64,000 bases of DNA from a plasmid: the sequence record NZ_LR134463.1; one strand, 5' to 3'. The notes beneath the pieces were generated by a model. The model saw nothing but the letters and a program-made list of their open reading frames with translations, was not told where the DNA came from and ran no database searches. Of this stretch, positions 30,136-40,830 are shown piece after piece. A program made the position numbers and the translations under genes. Positions within the stretch are counted from its first letter, which is position 1. Every line of letters begins with the position of its first letter.

Positions 30136-31043
30136 GTTTCTCCCGGCGCACCGAGGACTCCCGGACGCGCCGGTACCGCGTGGTGCACGAGACCACCTAC
30201 AGCTACGACGCGGAGGTCACCTCCAGCTTCGGCCGCTGCTACCTCTCACCGCGGGAGCTGTCCGATCAGCGGGTCGACGAGCACGCCATCACCGTCGGTC
30301 CCGAACCGTCGGACCGCTCCGAGGGCGTCGACGCGTACGGCAACACCGACACCTACTTCCACGTGACCACGCCGCACACCCGGCTGCTGGTGCGCGGCGA
30401 GTCCGTCGTCGAGGTCGACCCGCTGGACCGCGCGATCACCGACGAGGGACCGGCCCTCGCGCCGTGGGAGCTCGCCCGGCCCGTCGGCGAGGCGGGGGCG
30501 CTCGCCGCGCAGTACCGCCTCGACCAGCGGCCGGCCGAGATCGACGACGCCGTGCGCGCCTACGCCGACGCGATCTTCACGCCGGGGAAGCCGCTGGTGG
30601 AGGCCGTCGAGGAGCTGACCACGCGGATCTACACAGATTTCGCCTACAAGTCGGGGGCGACGAACGTCTCGACCCGCGTCGGCACCGTCATGGAGCGGCG
30701 CGAGGGCGTGTGCCAGGACTTCGCGCGCGTCGCGATCGCCTGCCTGCGGTCCAAGGGCCTGGCCGCGCGGTACGTCTCCGGCTACCTCGCCACCGAGCCG
30801 CCGCCCGGTCAGGACCGGGTCGTCGGCGCCGGTGCCACCCACGCCTGGGCGGCCGTGTGGCTGCCCGGCGACGCGTGGCTGCCCTTCGACCCCACCAACA
30901 ACAAGTTCGTCGACGAGCGGCACGTGACCGTCGCCTGGGGGCGCGATTACGAGGACGTTCCACCCCTGCGCGGCGTCATCTACACCGAATCGAAGGGATC
31001 GAAGATCCATGTCTCCGTGGACGTCGCGCCCCTGCCCGACTGA
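30126..31043 (+). CDS. transglutaminase-like cysteine protease domain protein (Bact_transglu_N + TGc core; Rv2569c-like)
   Basis: 'REGVCQDFARVAIACLRSKGLAARYVSGY...HAWAAVW...FDPTNN' Cys-His-Asp triad context; overlaps upstream stop by 10 nt. Confidence 0.75.
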   Translation: MGLSFSRRTEDSRTRRYRVVHETTYSYDAEVTSSFGRCYLSPRELSDQRVDEHAITVGPEPSDRSEGVDAYGNTDTYFHVTTPHTRLLVRGESVVEVDPLDRAITDEGPALAPWELARPVGEAGALAAQYRLDQRPAEIDDAVRAYADAIFTPGKPLVEAVEELTTRIYTDFAYKSGATNVSTRVGTVMERREGVCQDFARVAIACLRSKGLAARYVSGYLATEPPPGQDRVVGAGATHAWAAVWLPGDAWLPFDPTNNKFVDERHVTVAWGRDYEDVPPLRGVIYTESKGSKIHVSVDVAPLPD

Positions 31044-31058
31044 GGTAGGTTGGAACTG

Positions 31059-32165
31059 ATGGTCACCGCGCTGGGGTACGAGACGACGAGGGCGGCTCTC
31101 ACTGCGGTGGAGGGCCTGCTGGGTCGCCGGGTCGGCGCCTCCGTCGACCTGGGCGAACCCGAGGATCTGGGCGGTTCCGGCCGCACGCTGGTGATGCGCG
31201 TGCGGGTGCTGCACAACAATCCGCTGTTGCCCCGTTCCGTCGTGATCAAGCAGCTGCGCGCCGCCGATCACACCGACAAGGACTACTCCGAGGCCTTCGC
31301 CCGTGAGGGCGCCGCGTACAAGTTCGCGACGGCGCTCCCCGTCGACGCCCGGCCGGGCCCGCAGCTCCTCGCCTCCGACGCCGAGGAGCGCATCCTCGTC
31401 CTGCAGGACTTGGGCGAGGGCGAGACGATGGGCGACCTGCTGCGGCGGACGCCGTCGTCGGGTGCGGCCACCGTGCTCTCCGCCTGGGCCCAGGCCCTCG
31501 GTCGCATGCACGCCGGCACCTACGGCCGCGAGCGCGACCTGTCCGTGCTCGCCCGGCGCGAGCACACCGACTCCCGCAACGATCCCGTCGCCGGCGAGGC
31601 CGCTCGTGCCGCCGACGCCGTGCCGGCGGCCGTGGGCGGGGTCGACGAGACCGCCCGCGCCGTGCTCGACGCCGCCGTGGCCCTGTTCACCGAGGGGCCG
31701 TTCCGCGCCTTCAGCCCGTCCGACGTGGGCCCCGACAACACGCACGTCGTGGGCGGCGCCGTCCGATTCCTCGATTACGAGTGGGCGGGATTCCGCGACG
31801 GCGCGCTGGACGTCGCCTACGTGCTGCTGACGTACCCGGACTGCACCGAGGACGGCCACGATCCCGACCTGGACGTCGCGATCGTGGAGGCATGGCGTTC
31901 CGAGGTCGTGCGGTTGTGGCCCCGGCTGGCCGACGACGTGGCGCTCCGTCGCCACGTGACCACCGCGAAGCTGGCGTGGCTCACGCTCGCCACCTACTGG
32001 GCGCTCGGACTCGACTCCGCGAGCCGCATCGACGCCGGCCACCTCGACAGCCTCCCGGCCTGGTCCTACGACGACCTCGCCGCCCGCTGGGACCGGCTGG
32101 CCGCCGCCGACCCGCGCGTGCGCGACTTCGCCGTCGCCGCCGCCGCGAAGGTCCGCACGCTATGA
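31059..32165 (+). CDS. phosphotransferase (APH/choline-kinase-like protein-kinase fold)
   Basis: Catalytic Lys 'SVVIKQL', hinge '[10 protein letters not shown]', catalytic loop '[12 protein letters not shown]', '[10 protein letters not shown]'; ATG 31059 has GAGGTAGG SD 9 nt upstream (ORF-track TTG 31050 less likely). Confidence 0.6.
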   Translation: MVTALGYETTRAALTAVEGLLGRRVGASVDLGEPEDLGGSGRTLVMRVRVLHNNPLLPRSVVIKQLRAADHTDKDYSEAFAREGAAYKFATALPVDARPGPQLLASDAEERILVLQDLGEGETMGDLLRRTPSSGAATVLSAWAQALGRMHAGTYGRERDLSVLARREHTDSRNDPVAGEAARAADAVPAAVGGVDETARAVLDAAVALFTEGPFRAFSPSDVGPDNTHVVGGAVRFLDYEWAGFRDGALDVAYVLLTYPDCTEDGHDPDLDVAIVEAWRSEVVRLWPRLADDVALRRHVTTAKLAWLTLATYWALGLDSASRIDAGHLDSLPAWSYDDLAARWDRLAAADPRVRDFAVAAAAKVRTL

Positions 32166-32190
32166 CCCGCCCCGCGGAGGTCCGCGCCCG

Positions 32191-33561
32191 GTGACCGGTT
32201 CCCTGTTCGGCGACGACGGGGACCTCGGAGCGCCACCCGAAGCACCCCCGTCCCGGGGACCGGTCGAGTTCGTCCCCACCCACGCGGGCACCCCGCTCGC
32301 GGTCCGCATGCGGCCCCGCGACCTCGACGAGGTGCTCGGTCAGGAGCACCTGCTCGGCCCCGGGACGCCGCTGCGCCGCCTCATCGACGGTGCCGGCGCG
32401 GCCAGCGTGATCCTCTACGGCCCGCCCGGCACCGGGAAGACGACCATCGCCTCGCTGATCTCGGGCGCGACGGGGCGCCGGTTCGAGGCGCTCTCCGCGC
32501 TCTCGGCGGGCGTCAAGGACGTGCGCGCCGTCATCGAACTGGCGCGCCGCCGCCTCCTCGTCGACGAGCAGACGGTGCTGTTCATCGACGAGGTGCACCG
32601 GTTCTCCAAGGCGCAGCAGGACGCGCTGCTCGCCGCGGTCGAGAACCGGGTCGTGCTGCTCGTCGCGGCCACCACCGAGAATCCCAGCTTCTCCGTGGTC
32701 TCGCCGCTGCTCTCGCGCTCGCTCATCCTCCAGCTACGGCCCCTGGAGCCGTCGCACATCTCGGAGCTCATCGACCGCGCCTTGTCGGACCCGCGGGGCT
32801 ACGACGGTGCGCTGACCATCGCCGACGAGGCCCGCGAGCACCTCGTGCGCCTCGCCGGCGGCGACGCCCGGCGCTCGCTCACCGCCCTGGAGGCCGCCGC
32901 CGACGTCACCCTGGGGGAGGGCGGCAACGAGATCACCCTCGAGGCCGTCGAGTCCAGCATCGACACCGCCGCCGTCCGCTACGACCGCGCGGGTGACCAG
33001 CACTACGACGTCATCAGTGCCTTCATCAAGTCGATCCGCGGCTCCGACGTCGACGCGGCGCTGCACTACCTGGCCCGCATGATCTCGGCGGGCGAGGACC
33101 CGCGGTTCATCGCCCGCCGGCTCGTGGTGCACGCCTCGGAGGACATCGGCATGGCCGACCCGCAGGCGCTGCTCGTCGCCACCGCTGCCGCGCAGGCCGT
33201 GCAACTCATCGGCATGCCCGAGGCGAGACTCGCGCTGGCACAGGCGACGATCCACCTCGCCTCGGCACCCAAGTCCGACGGGGTCGTCGCCGCGATCGGC
33301 GCCGCCATGGGCGACGTGGCCGCGGGCAAGGCCGGCGCCGTGCCGCCGCACCTGCGCGACGGTCACTACGCCGGCGCGGAGAAGCTCGGCAACGCCCAGG
33401 GCTACGTGTACCCGCACCACGTCCCCGGCGGCGTCGCCGCGCAGCAGTACCCGCCCGACGACCTGGTGGGCGTCGACTACTACACCCCCACCGACCACGG
33501 CTTCGAACGCGAGATCGGCCCGCGGGTGACGCGGCTGCGCGGGATACTCAGGCGGAGGTAG
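32191..33561 (+). CDS. rarA: replication-associated recombination protein A (AAA+ ATPase)
   Basis: Walker A '[17 protein letters not shown]', Walker B '[12 protein letters not shown]', MgsA C-terminal domain; GGAGG SD. Confidence 0.85.
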   Translation: MTGSLFGDDGDLGAPPEAPPSRGPVEFVPTHAGTPLAVRMRPRDLDEVLGQEHLLGPGTPLRRLIDGAGAASVILYGPPGTGKTTIASLISGATGRRFEALSALSAGVKDVRAVIELARRRLLVDEQTVLFIDEVHRFSKAQQDALLAAVENRVVLLVAATTENPSFSVVSPLLSRSLILQLRPLEPSHISELIDRALSDPRGYDGALTIADEAREHLVRLAGGDARRSLTALEAAADVTLGEGGNEITLEAVESSIDTAAVRYDRAGDQHYDVISAFIKSIRGSDVDAALHYLARMISAGEDPRFIARRLVVHASEDIGMADPQALLVATAAAQAVQLIGMPEARLALAQATIHLASAPKSDGVVAAIGAAMGDVAAGKAGAVPPHLRDGHYAGAEKLGNAQGYVYPHHVPGGVAAQQYPPDDLVGVDYYTPTDHGFEREIGPRVTRLRGILRRR

Positions 33562-33671
33562 AGGGCACCGCGTGACGGTGGCGAGGAAGCTAGATGCGGG
33601 GGCACGCGGCGCGTCGGTAAGGTGGTCGGGTCGCTGTAACGCTCGATGACACAAGAACACGAAGGATCGTT

Positions 33672-36344
33672 GTGCAGACCCATGAGATTCGGAAGCGGTT
33701 CACGGACCACTTCGTCAAGGCCGGACACACCCAGGTGCCGAGTGCGTCGCTGGTCCTGAACGATCCGAATCAGCTGTTCGTCATCGCGGGCATGGTGCCC
33801 TTCGTGCCGTTCTTCCTGGGCCAGCAGACCCCGCCGTACGACCGCGCCACGTCGATCCAGAAGTGCGTCCGCACCCTGGACATCGAAGAGGTCGGCATCA
33901 CCACCCGGCACAACACCTTCTTCCAGATGGCCGGCAACTTCAGCTTCGGCGACTACTTCAAGCGCGAGGCGATCCGGTTCGCCTGGTCGCTGCTGACCAA
34001 CCCGGTCGATGAGGGCGGCTTCGGGATGGATCCCGAGCGCCTGTGGTCGACGGTCTACCTCGACGACGACGAGGCCCGCGACCTGTGGCTCGAGGTGGGC
34101 CAGGTGCCCGAGCGCATCCAGCGCCGCGGCATGAAGGACAACTACTGGTCGATGGGCATCCCCGGCCCCGCCGGCCCGTGCTCGGAGATCTTCTACGACC
34201 GCGGCCCCGAGTACGGGGTCGAGGGCGGCCCCGAGGCCGACGAGGACCGCTACATCGAGATCTGGAACCTCGTCTTCATGCAGAACGAGCGCGGCCAGGG
34301 CGGCGGCAAGGAGAACTTCGAGATCCTCGGCGAGCTGCCGAAGAAGAACATCGACACCGGCATGGGCGTCGAGCGCGTCGCCTTCCTCCTGCAGGGCGTC
34401 GACAACGTCTACGACACGGACCTGTTGCGCCCCGTCATCGACCGCGCGCAGGCGCTCACCGGCCAGCGGTACAACGCCGGCGACGCCGAGCACGACCGGC
34501 TCTTCCGCGTGATCGCCGACCACACCCGTACCGCCGTCATGCTCATCCAGGACGGCGTGAACCCCGGCAACGACGGCCGCGGCTACGTGCTGCGCCGCCT
34601 GCTGCGCCGCGTCGTCCGCTCGGCCCGCCTCCTCGGCGCCACGGGCGAGACCATGGGCGACTTCGTCGACACCGTCCTGTCGACGATGTCGCCGTCGTAC
34701 CCCGAGCTCGCCGACGACGCGCAGCGCATCCGCACCGTCGCCACCGGCGAGGAGCAGGCCTTCCTCAAGACCCTCGAGCAGGGCACCACGCTGTTCGGCA
34801 ACGCCGTCGACTCCACCAAGTCGTCCGGCAAGACGGTGCTCTCGGGCGACGACGCCTTCACGCTGCACGACACCTACGGCTTCCCGATCGACCTCACGCT
34901 GGAGATGGCCTCGGAGGCCGGCCTGCAGGTCGACGAGGACGGCTTCCGCGCCCTCATGGCCGAGCAGCGCCAGCGGGCCAAGGACGATGCGAACTCCCGC
35001 AAGTCGGCGCTCGCCGACCTCTCGGTCTTCCGTGAGTTCCTCGACCGCGGTCCCACCGAGTTCACCGGCTTCGACGAGCTGGTCTCCGACGCCCAGGTCC
35101 TCGGCCTCGTCAAGGACGGCGTCCGGGTTCCCGTCGCGCACCAGGGCGACGACGTCGAGATCGTCCTCGACCGCAGCCCCCTCTACGCCGAGGCCGGCGG
35201 CCAGCTCGCCGACATCGGCACCATCACCACCGCCGCCGGCGCACAGATCGTCGTGACCGACGTGCAGCGCGTCGCCAAGACCCTGTGGCGTCACCAGGGC
35301 ACCGTCGCCTCCGGCGAGGTCTCCGAGGGCGACACCGTCACCGTCGCGGTCGACGGCGGCCACCGCCACGGCAGCACCCAGGGCCACTCCGGCACCCACC
35401 TCGTGCACGCCGCGCTGCGCCAGGTCCTCGGCCCCAACGCCGTGCAGGCCGGCTCGCTCAACAAGCCCGGCTACCTGCGCTTCGACTTCCGCTGGTCCGG
35501 CGGCCTCACCGACGACCAGCGCACCGACATCGAGCGCGTCACCAACGAGGCCGTGCAGGCCGACTACGCCGTGAACACGGAGGTCACCGACCTGGAGACC
35601 GCCAAGCAGCGCGGCGCGATGGCGCTGTTCGGCGAGAACTACGGCGACCGGGTCCGCGTCGTCGAGATCGGCGGTCCGTTCTCGATGGAGCTGTGCGGCG
35701 GCACGCACGTCGCCAGCTCGGGCCTCGTCGGCCCCGTCACCGTGCTCGGCGAGAGCTCCGTCGGCTCGGGCGTGCGCCGCGTCGAGGCCTACGTGGGCCT
35801 CGACTCGCAGAAGTACCTCGCCAAGGAGCACGCGCTCGTCTCCGCGCTGTCGAGTTCGCTCAAGGTGCCCTCCGATGAGGTACCGGCCCGCGTCGAGTCG
35901 CTGGTCAGCCGCCTCAAGGACGCCGAGAAGGAGCTCGAGAAGCTGCGCGCGCAGGCCGCGTTGTCGGCGCTGGCCGAGCTCGCCTCGTCGCCCGAGCGCG
36001 TCGGCGCCGTCCGGCTCGTGGCCGCGAAGGCGCCCCAGGGCGTCACCGCGGGCGAGCTCCGCGGCCTGGTCACCCAGCTCAAGGGCCGCCTCGGCGCCGA
36101 GCCCGCCGTCATCGCCCTGTTCGCGGTCGACGGCGACAAGGTGCCGTTCGTGGTGGCCGCCAACGACGCAGCGCAGGACCTGGGTGTCAAGGCGGGCGAC
36201 GTGGTCAAGGCCGCGGCCCCCTCGGTGGGCGGCCGCGGCGGCGGCAAGGCCGACATGGCGCAGGGCGCCGGATCGGACGCCTCCGGGGTCGACGGTGCGC
36301 TCTCCGCGGTCCGGGCCGAGGTCGCGCGGACGGTGGGCGCCTGA
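33672..36344 (+). CDS. alaS: alanine--tRNA ligase
   Basis: 890 aa; class II core '[15 protein letters not shown]', editing domain HxxxH ('[11 protein letters not shown]'), C-terminal DHHA1. Confidence 0.9.
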   Translation: MQTHEIRKRFTDHFVKAGHTQVPSASLVLNDPNQLFVIAGMVPFVPFFLGQQTPPYDRATSIQKCVRTLDIEEVGITTRHNTFFQMAGNFSFGDYFKREAIRFAWSLLTNPVDEGGFGMDPERLWSTVYLDDDEARDLWLEVGQVPERIQRRGMKDNYWSMGIPGPAGPCSEIFYDRGPEYGVEGGPEADEDRYIEIWNLVFMQNERGQGGGKENFEILGELPKKNIDTGMGVERVAFLLQGVDNVYDTDLLRPVIDRAQALTGQRYNAGDAEHDRLFRVIADHTRTAVMLIQDGVNPGNDGRGYVLRRLLRRVVRSARLLGATGETMGDFVDTVLSTMSPSYPELADDAQRIRTVATGEEQAFLKTLEQGTTLFGNAVDSTKSSGKTVLSGDDAFTLHDTYGFPIDLTLEMASEAGLQVDEDGFRALMAEQRQRAKDDANSRKSALADLSVFREFLDRGPTEFTGFDELVSDAQVLGLVKDGVRVPVAHQGDDVEIVLDRSPLYAEAGGQLADIGTITTAAGAQIVVTDVQRVAKTLWRHQGTVASGEVSEGDTVTVAVDGGHRHGSTQGHSGTHLVHAALRQVLGPNAVQAGSLNKPGYLRFDFRWSGGLTDDQRTDIERVTNEAVQADYAVNTEVTDLETAKQRGAMALFGENYGDRVRVVEIGGPFSMELCGGTHVASSGLVGPVTVLGESSVGSGVRRVEAYVGLDSQKYLAKEHALVSALSSSLKVPSDEVPARVESLVSRLKDAEKELEKLRAQAALSALAELASSPERVGAVRLVAAKAPQGVTAGELRGLVTQLKGRLGAEPAVIALFAVDGDKVPFVVAANDAAQDLGVKAGDVVKAAAPSVGGRGGGKADMAQGAGSDASGVDGALSAVRAEVARTVGA

Positions 36345-36346
36345 CG

Positions 36347-36835
36347 GTGAGCGCCGCGGAACCCGCCTGGGAGCGGGGCCGGCGGCTGGCCCTCGATGTG
36401 GGCAAGGCCCGCATCGGGGTGGCCGTCTGCGATCCCGACGGGATCCTCGCGACGCCGGTGGAGACGGTCCGCGCGGCCAAGGACGGATCGGACCTGCGCC
36501 GGATCGCGCAGCTCGTGACCGACTACGAGCCGGTGGAGATCGTGATCGGGATGCCGCGCACCCTCCGCGGGGAGCGCGGTTCCTCGGCGAAGATGGCGGA
36601 GGTGTTCGCACGGCGGCTCGCCGAGGTTCTCGGTGCCGCGAACGCAACGCCGCCGCGGGTATGTTTTTTCGATGAGCGCTTCACCACCGTCACGGCGCAG
36701 CGGGCGCTGCGCGAGAACGGGGTGCGGGCGAAGGAGCAGCGAGCGGTGATCGATCAGGCCGCCGCGGTGGCCATCCTGCAGGGATGGCTCGACGAGCGGA
36801 GGCCGGTGTCCGGTCCCGAGGAGGTCGACGAGTGA
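36347..36835 (+). CDS. ruvX: Holliday junction resolvase-like RuvX/YqgF
   Basis: '[16 protein letters not shown]' RNase H-like motif; 162 aa; 2 nt after alaS. Confidence 0.85.
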   Translation: MSAAEPAWERGRRLALDVGKARIGVAVCDPDGILATPVETVRAAKDGSDLRRIAQLVTDYEPVEIVIGMPRTLRGERGSSAKMAEVFARRLAEVLGAANATPPRVCFFDERFTTVTAQRALRENGVRAKEQRAVIDQAAAVAILQGWLDERRPVSGPEEVDE

Positions 36836-38088
36836 GCGACGGGTGGAACAACGAGCGCGCCGATCCGGTGGCGATCGGCGGGCAGCGCACCACCCGCGCG
36901 GAGCGGCGACGCGCCGCGCAGCGGGAGCGGATCAAGCGCCGGCGCCGGGTGGCTCTGCTGTCGCTGATCGTGGTCTTCCTGGTCGTCATCGGCGGCGTGC
37001 TGTGGACGGTGCGCGGCTCCCTGTTCGGCGGCGGCTCCGCGCCCGAGGACTACGCCTCCGGCCAGGCGGGCCCCGAGGTCGTGGTCCACATCGTCGGCCA
37101 GAACAATTCCGACTTCGCGCAGAACCTCGTGGATGCGGGCGTGGTGAAGTCCGTGGGCGCGTTCAATCAGGCCGCGGGTGACAAGCCGATCTCCGCGGGC
37201 TACTACGAGCTGCGCAAGTCGCTGCCCGCGTCGGAGGTCGTCACCATGCTGGTGGACCCGGCGCGCTCGCACCGCGTGGGCATGCTCAACGTCTCGGCCG
37301 GCGCGGTCCTCGACGACAAGCGCAGCAAGGACAACAAGGTCGCCCAGGGCATCTTCAGCCAGCTCTCCGCCGCGACCGCGCACACCGTCGACGGTGTGAA
37401 GAAGCAGACCCCGAAGGCCGACTTCGTCCGGGTCGCCTCCAGCGCGAGCGTCGCCGACCTGGGCATCCCCGAGTGGGCCGCCGCCACCGTCACCCGGCTC
37501 AAGGGCGACCACCGCCGCATCGAGGGGCTCATCGCGCCGGGCATCTGGGACCAGATCGACCCGTCGGGCACGCCCATCGGCATCCTCAAGCAGCTCATCA
37601 CGGCGTCGGCGAAGCAGTACGAGGCGCAGGGCCTGCTGACCGCGAGCCGCACGTCGCCGGCGAAGCTCGCGCCGTATCAGGTGCTGGTGTCGGCGTCGAT
37701 CGTGGAGCGCGAGGTCAACCAGGCCGACGACTACCCGAAGGTCGCCCGCGTGATCCTCAACCGGCTCGCCAAGGACCAGAAGCTGGAGATGGACTCGACG
37801 GTCAACTACGGCGAGGCCGTCACCGGCATCGACGTCGCCGGCGAGAAGCTGCTCAAGAAGACCGAGTGGAACACCTACGCCAAGACGGGCCTGCCCGCGA
37901 CGCCCATCGGCGCCGTCGGCACGGATGCGTTGGTCGCCACCGAGAACCCGGCCCCCGGTCCGTGGCTGTACTTCGTCACCGTCGACAACAAGGGCACCAC
38001 GCTGTTCACCGACGACTTCGCGCAGCACGAGCGCAACCGGCAGAAGGCGTGCGACACCAAGTTCCTGACGGTGGGCTGCGGGCCGTGA
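36832..38088 (+). CDS. mltG: endolytic murein transglycosylase MltG (YceG-like)
   Basis: N-terminal TM, YceG domain '[25 protein letters not shown]'; GTGA overlap with ruvX. Confidence 0.8.
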   Translation: MSDGWNNERADPVAIGGQRTTRAERRRAAQRERIKRRRRVALLSLIVVFLVVIGGVLWTVRGSLFGGGSAPEDYASGQAGPEVVVHIVGQNNSDFAQNLVDAGVVKSVGAFNQAAGDKPISAGYYELRKSLPASEVVTMLVDPARSHRVGMLNVSAGAVLDDKRSKDNKVAQGIFSQLSAATAHTVDGVKKQTPKADFVRVASSASVADLGIPEWAAATVTRLKGDHRRIEGLIAPGIWDQIDPSGTPIGILKQLITASAKQYEAQGLLTASRTSPAKLAPYQVLVSASIVEREVNQADDYPKVARVILNRLAKDQKLEMDSTVNYGEAVTGIDVAGEKLLKKTEWNTYAKTGLPATPIGAVGTDALVATENPAPGPWLYFVTVDNKGTTLFTDDFAQHERNRQKACDTKFLTVGCGP

Positions 38089-38900
38089 TCCGGCGCGCCG
38101 CGGTCCTCGGAAAGCCGATCGCGCACTCGCTCTCGCCGGTCCTGCACGGTGCGGCGTTCGCCGCGCTCGGCCTCGACTGGACCTACGAGCGGATCGAGTG
38201 CGACGCGGAGGCGCTGCCCGGCCTCGTCGGCGGCTTCGGCCCCGAGTGGGTCGGCGTCTCGGTCACGATGCCCGGGAAGTTCGCGGCGCTGGAGTTCGCG
38301 GAGGAGCGCACCGAGCGCGCCGTCACCGTCGGTTCCGCCAACACCCTGGTCCGCACGGAATCGGGCTGGCTCGCCGACTGCACCGACGTCGACGGTGCCG
38401 ACGGCCTCCTGGCCGAGTGCGGCGCGACGGGGGAGTCCGCGGTCGTCGTCGGCGCGGGCGGCACGGCCCGCCCGGTGTTCGCCGCGCTCGCCGACCGGGG
38501 CTTCACCCGCACGACGGTCCTCGCCCGCTCGGAGGAGCGGGCACAGGGCGCGCTGGCCTGCGCCGAGGCGTTCGGTCTCGCCGCGGCCTGGGCGCCGCTC
38601 GCCGCTGCCGCGGTACCGCACGCCGACGTGGTGGTCTCCACGCTCCCCGGTTCCGCCCAGCCGGATGACTTCCCGTTGATGGACGCGCTGTCCTCGGCGG
38701 CCCCGGCCGTCGCCGACGTGGCCTACGATCCGTGGCCCACCCTGCTCGTGGCGGCCGCGGAGGCGAAGGGCGCTCGCACCGCGGGCGGCCTGACGATGCT
38801 GCTGCACCAGGCGTTCCGGCAAGCGGAGTGGTTCACCGGCGAGCCCGCGCCGCGCGCGGCGATGGCGGCGGCGCTCGCCGCCGCGAGGGAGGCACGATGA
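38085..38900 (+). CDS. aroE: shikimate dehydrogenase
   Basis: 'GKPIAHSLSPVLHGAAF', 'VVGAGGTARPVFAAL' Rossmann; GTGA overlap with mltG; 271 aa. Confidence 0.8.
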   Translation: MIRRAAVLGKPIAHSLSPVLHGAAFAALGLDWTYERIECDAEALPGLVGGFGPEWVGVSVTMPGKFAALEFAEERTERAVTVGSANTLVRTESGWLADCTDVDGADGLLAECGATGESAVVVGAGGTARPVFAALADRGFTRTTVLARSEERAQGALACAEAFGLAAAWAPLAAAAVPHADVVVSTLPGSAQPDDFPLMDALSSAAPAVADVAYDPWPTLLVAAAEAKGARTAGGLTMLLHQAFRQAEWFTGEPAPRAAMAAALAAAREAR

Positions 38901-39310
38901 GTACCGACTTCCGCTACCGGTTCCGGCCGCGGTACTACGAGATCGACCGCCAGGGCGTCATGTTCAACATGTGGTACCTCGGCTACGTCGACACGGCGAT
39001 CGGCGAGTTCTACGCCGACCGCGGCACGCCCTACGAGGCGATGCTCGCGGCCGGCTACGACTCGCAGGTGGTGCACGTCGAGCTCGACTACGCGGCGGGC
39101 CTGACCGACGAGGGCGACACCGAGCTGGTCATGCGGACCGGCCGGATCGGCACGAAGAGCTTCACGATCGAGTTCGTCTTCGTCACCGACCTCGACGCCG
39201 ACGAGCCGACCGAGGCCGTCGCCGGCCGGATCGTGTACGCCGTGATCGCCGCCGACGGCTCGGGCGCCATCCCGATCCCCGATGCGCTGCGCGAGGCCCT
39301 GCAGGCCTGA
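38897..39310 (+). CDS. acyl-CoA thioesterase (hotdog fold, 4HBT/YbgC-like)
   Basis: 137 aa 'YRFRPRYYEIDRQGVMFNMWYLGYVD' typical thioesterase N-terminus; ATGA overlap with aroE. Confidence 0.7.
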   Translation: MSTDFRYRFRPRYYEIDRQGVMFNMWYLGYVDTAIGEFYADRGTPYEAMLAAGYDSQVVHVELDYAAGLTDEGDTELVMRTGRIGTKSFTIEFVFVTDLDADEPTEAVAGRIVYAVIAADGSGAIPIPDALREALQA

Positions 39311-39322
39311 CACACTGACCCC

Positions 39323-39742
39323 GTGGAGTGGGGGCTCTTCGGGGGTGCGTTCTTGGCGTGGTGCGCCGCGCTGTGCTGGTTCGACGTGCGTGAGCGGCGG
39401 CTCCCGAACGTCCTGACCCTGCCCGCGGTGTGCGTCGCCCTCGGCGTCTCGCTCTGGGCGGTGTTCGACGGTGCGCCCGCCCCGTTGGTCGGGTTGACGC
39501 TCTGGACGGCGGTGAACGGCACGGCCTTCCTCGCCCGCGGAATGGGTGCCGGCGATGTGAAGCTGGCGCCGACGCTCGGCGCCGTGGCGGCCGGGGCGGG
39601 TGGGGTGCCGGCGGCGCTCCTCGCCGTCCTCGGGGCCCAGTTCCTCACGCTGGCGTGGGCGCTCGTCGCCCGCGACCGCACGGTGCCGCACGGCCCCGCG
39701 ATGATCGCCGCGACTCTCGCTGTGGCGGCGTCGACCGCGTGA
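39323..39742 (+). CDS. prepilin peptidase-like (A24 family, TadV/CpaA-type) membrane protein
   Basis: 'ARGMGAGDVKL' catalytic-Asp motif of A24 peptidases; 139 aa, 4 TM. Confidence 0.6.
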   Translation: MEWGLFGGAFLAWCAALCWFDVRERRLPNVLTLPAVCVALGVSLWAVFDGAPAPLVGLTLWTAVNGTAFLARGMGAGDVKLAPTLGAVAAGAGGVPAALLAVLGAQFLTLAWALVARDRTVPHGPAMIAATLAVAASTA

Positions 39743-40219
39743 TCAGGGCGTGGTGAGCCTGCGCAGAAGGCCGTCGAGGGTGTGGAGTTCGGCGTCGGTC
39801 AACGCGGAGAGCAGATCGCGCTCGCGGCGAATGTGCCCGGGGAGGAGTCGTTCGATGAGCCCTCGGCCCGCTTCGGTGAGCGTCACCGTCTTCCCTCGGC
39901 CGTCGGTCGGGCTCGGGGTCCGTGCGACGAGACCGGCGCTCTCAAGCCGATCGAGACGCGAGGTGAGGCCGGCGCGGGTGATGAGCAGCTGGTCGGCGAG
40001 GGCCGCAGGGGCGAGGGCATAGGGCGGGCCGGAGCGGCGGAGGGTCGCGAGCACGTCGAACTCACCGCGACGGAGTCCTTCGTCCTCCAGCGGTCCTTCG
40101 ATCGCGGCGCGGCCGGCCGCCTCGAGGTGCGCGAGGCGGCCGACGATGCTCATCGGCAACGTGTCGAGGTCGGGGTACTCGGTGCGCCACTGGGCCATGG
40201 CGGCGTCGACGTCATGCAC
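39743..40219 (-). CDS. MarR-family transcriptional regulator
   Basis: wHTH 'GEFDVLATLRRSGPPYALAPAALADQLLITRAGLTSRLDRLESAGLV'; divergent from cupin gene. Confidence 0.8.
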   Translation of the reverse strand: MHDVDAAMAQWRTEYPDLDTLPMSIVGRLAHLEAAGRAAIEGPLEDEGLRRGEFDVLATLRRSGPPYALAPAALADQLLITRAGLTSRLDRLESAGLVARTPSPTDGRGKTVTLTEAGRGLIERLLPGHIRRERDLLSALTDAELHTLDGLLRRLTTP

Positions 40220-40244
40220 GGGCCGAGAGTACGCCTTGACGCCA

Positions 40245-40284
40245 GTAGTTCGAGGGTGAACTATATAGTTAGAAGTCGAACTAC
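40245..40284. promoter_or_regulatory. Nested palindromic operator in MarR//cupin divergent promoter
   Basis: GTAGTTCGA-gggtg-AACTATATAGTT-agaag-TCGAACTAC: perfect 9-bp outer inverted repeat around a perfect 12-bp palindrome; TTGAC -35-like at 40236; GGAGG SD at 40288. Confidence 0.45.
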
Positions 40285-40296
40285 ATTGGAGGCGTC

Positions 40297-40785
40297 ATGA
40301 TCGTTCGGAATCCGGAACTCGTCGGCGAGGCGTCGGGGCCGCAGGTCGCGTTGTTCGCGGACGCGTCGGCCACAGGGGAGACGGCGAGCGTGCAACGCGT
40401 GCACCTTCCAGCGGGCGCCGACGGCGCCTCACCCCATTTCCACACCCGGTCCACCGAGCTCTTCTACGTCCTCGACGGCGCCCTCGACATGCTGGTCGGC
40501 GAGGAGCTCGTCGCCGTCGAGGCGGGTGGCCTCGCGGTGATCCCACCGAACACGGTGCACGCCTTCGCCGCCGGACCCGCGGTTCCGGCGACCGCGCTCA
40601 TCGTCCTGACGCCCGGCGTCGAGCGCTTCGGCTACTTCCGGCTGCTGCGCGACGTCGCGACCGGGGCGGCGGCACCGTCGGACCTGGTCGCGGCCCAGGA
40701 TCAGTACGACAACCACTTCGTCGACAGCCCGCTCTGGCGTGAGCGTCCCCGCGGCGGACGGACGATTCCCTTGGATCCACGGTGA
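40297..40785 (+). CDS. cupin-domain protein
   Basis: 'VQRVHLPAGADGASPHFHTRSTELFYVLDGALDMLVGEE...IPPNTVHAF' cupin metal motifs. Confidence 0.7.
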   Translation: MIVRNPELVGEASGPQVALFADASATGETASVQRVHLPAGADGASPHFHTRSTELFYVLDGALDMLVGEELVAVEAGGLAVIPPNTVHAFAAGPAVPATALIVLTPGVERFGYFRLLRDVATGAAAPSDLVAAQDQYDNHFVDSPLWRERPRGGRTIPLDPR

Positions 40786-40830
40786 GCGCAAGGGGTCACA
40801 GACGAATCCGCGCCGCCTACCGTCGAATCC

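Noticed and set aside
33562-33671. T-box or other riboswitch leader upstream of alaS
   Set aside because: No T-box consensus (AGGGTGGNACCGCG) or specifier-hairpin arrangement; the 110-nt leader only shows a GAAGGA SD
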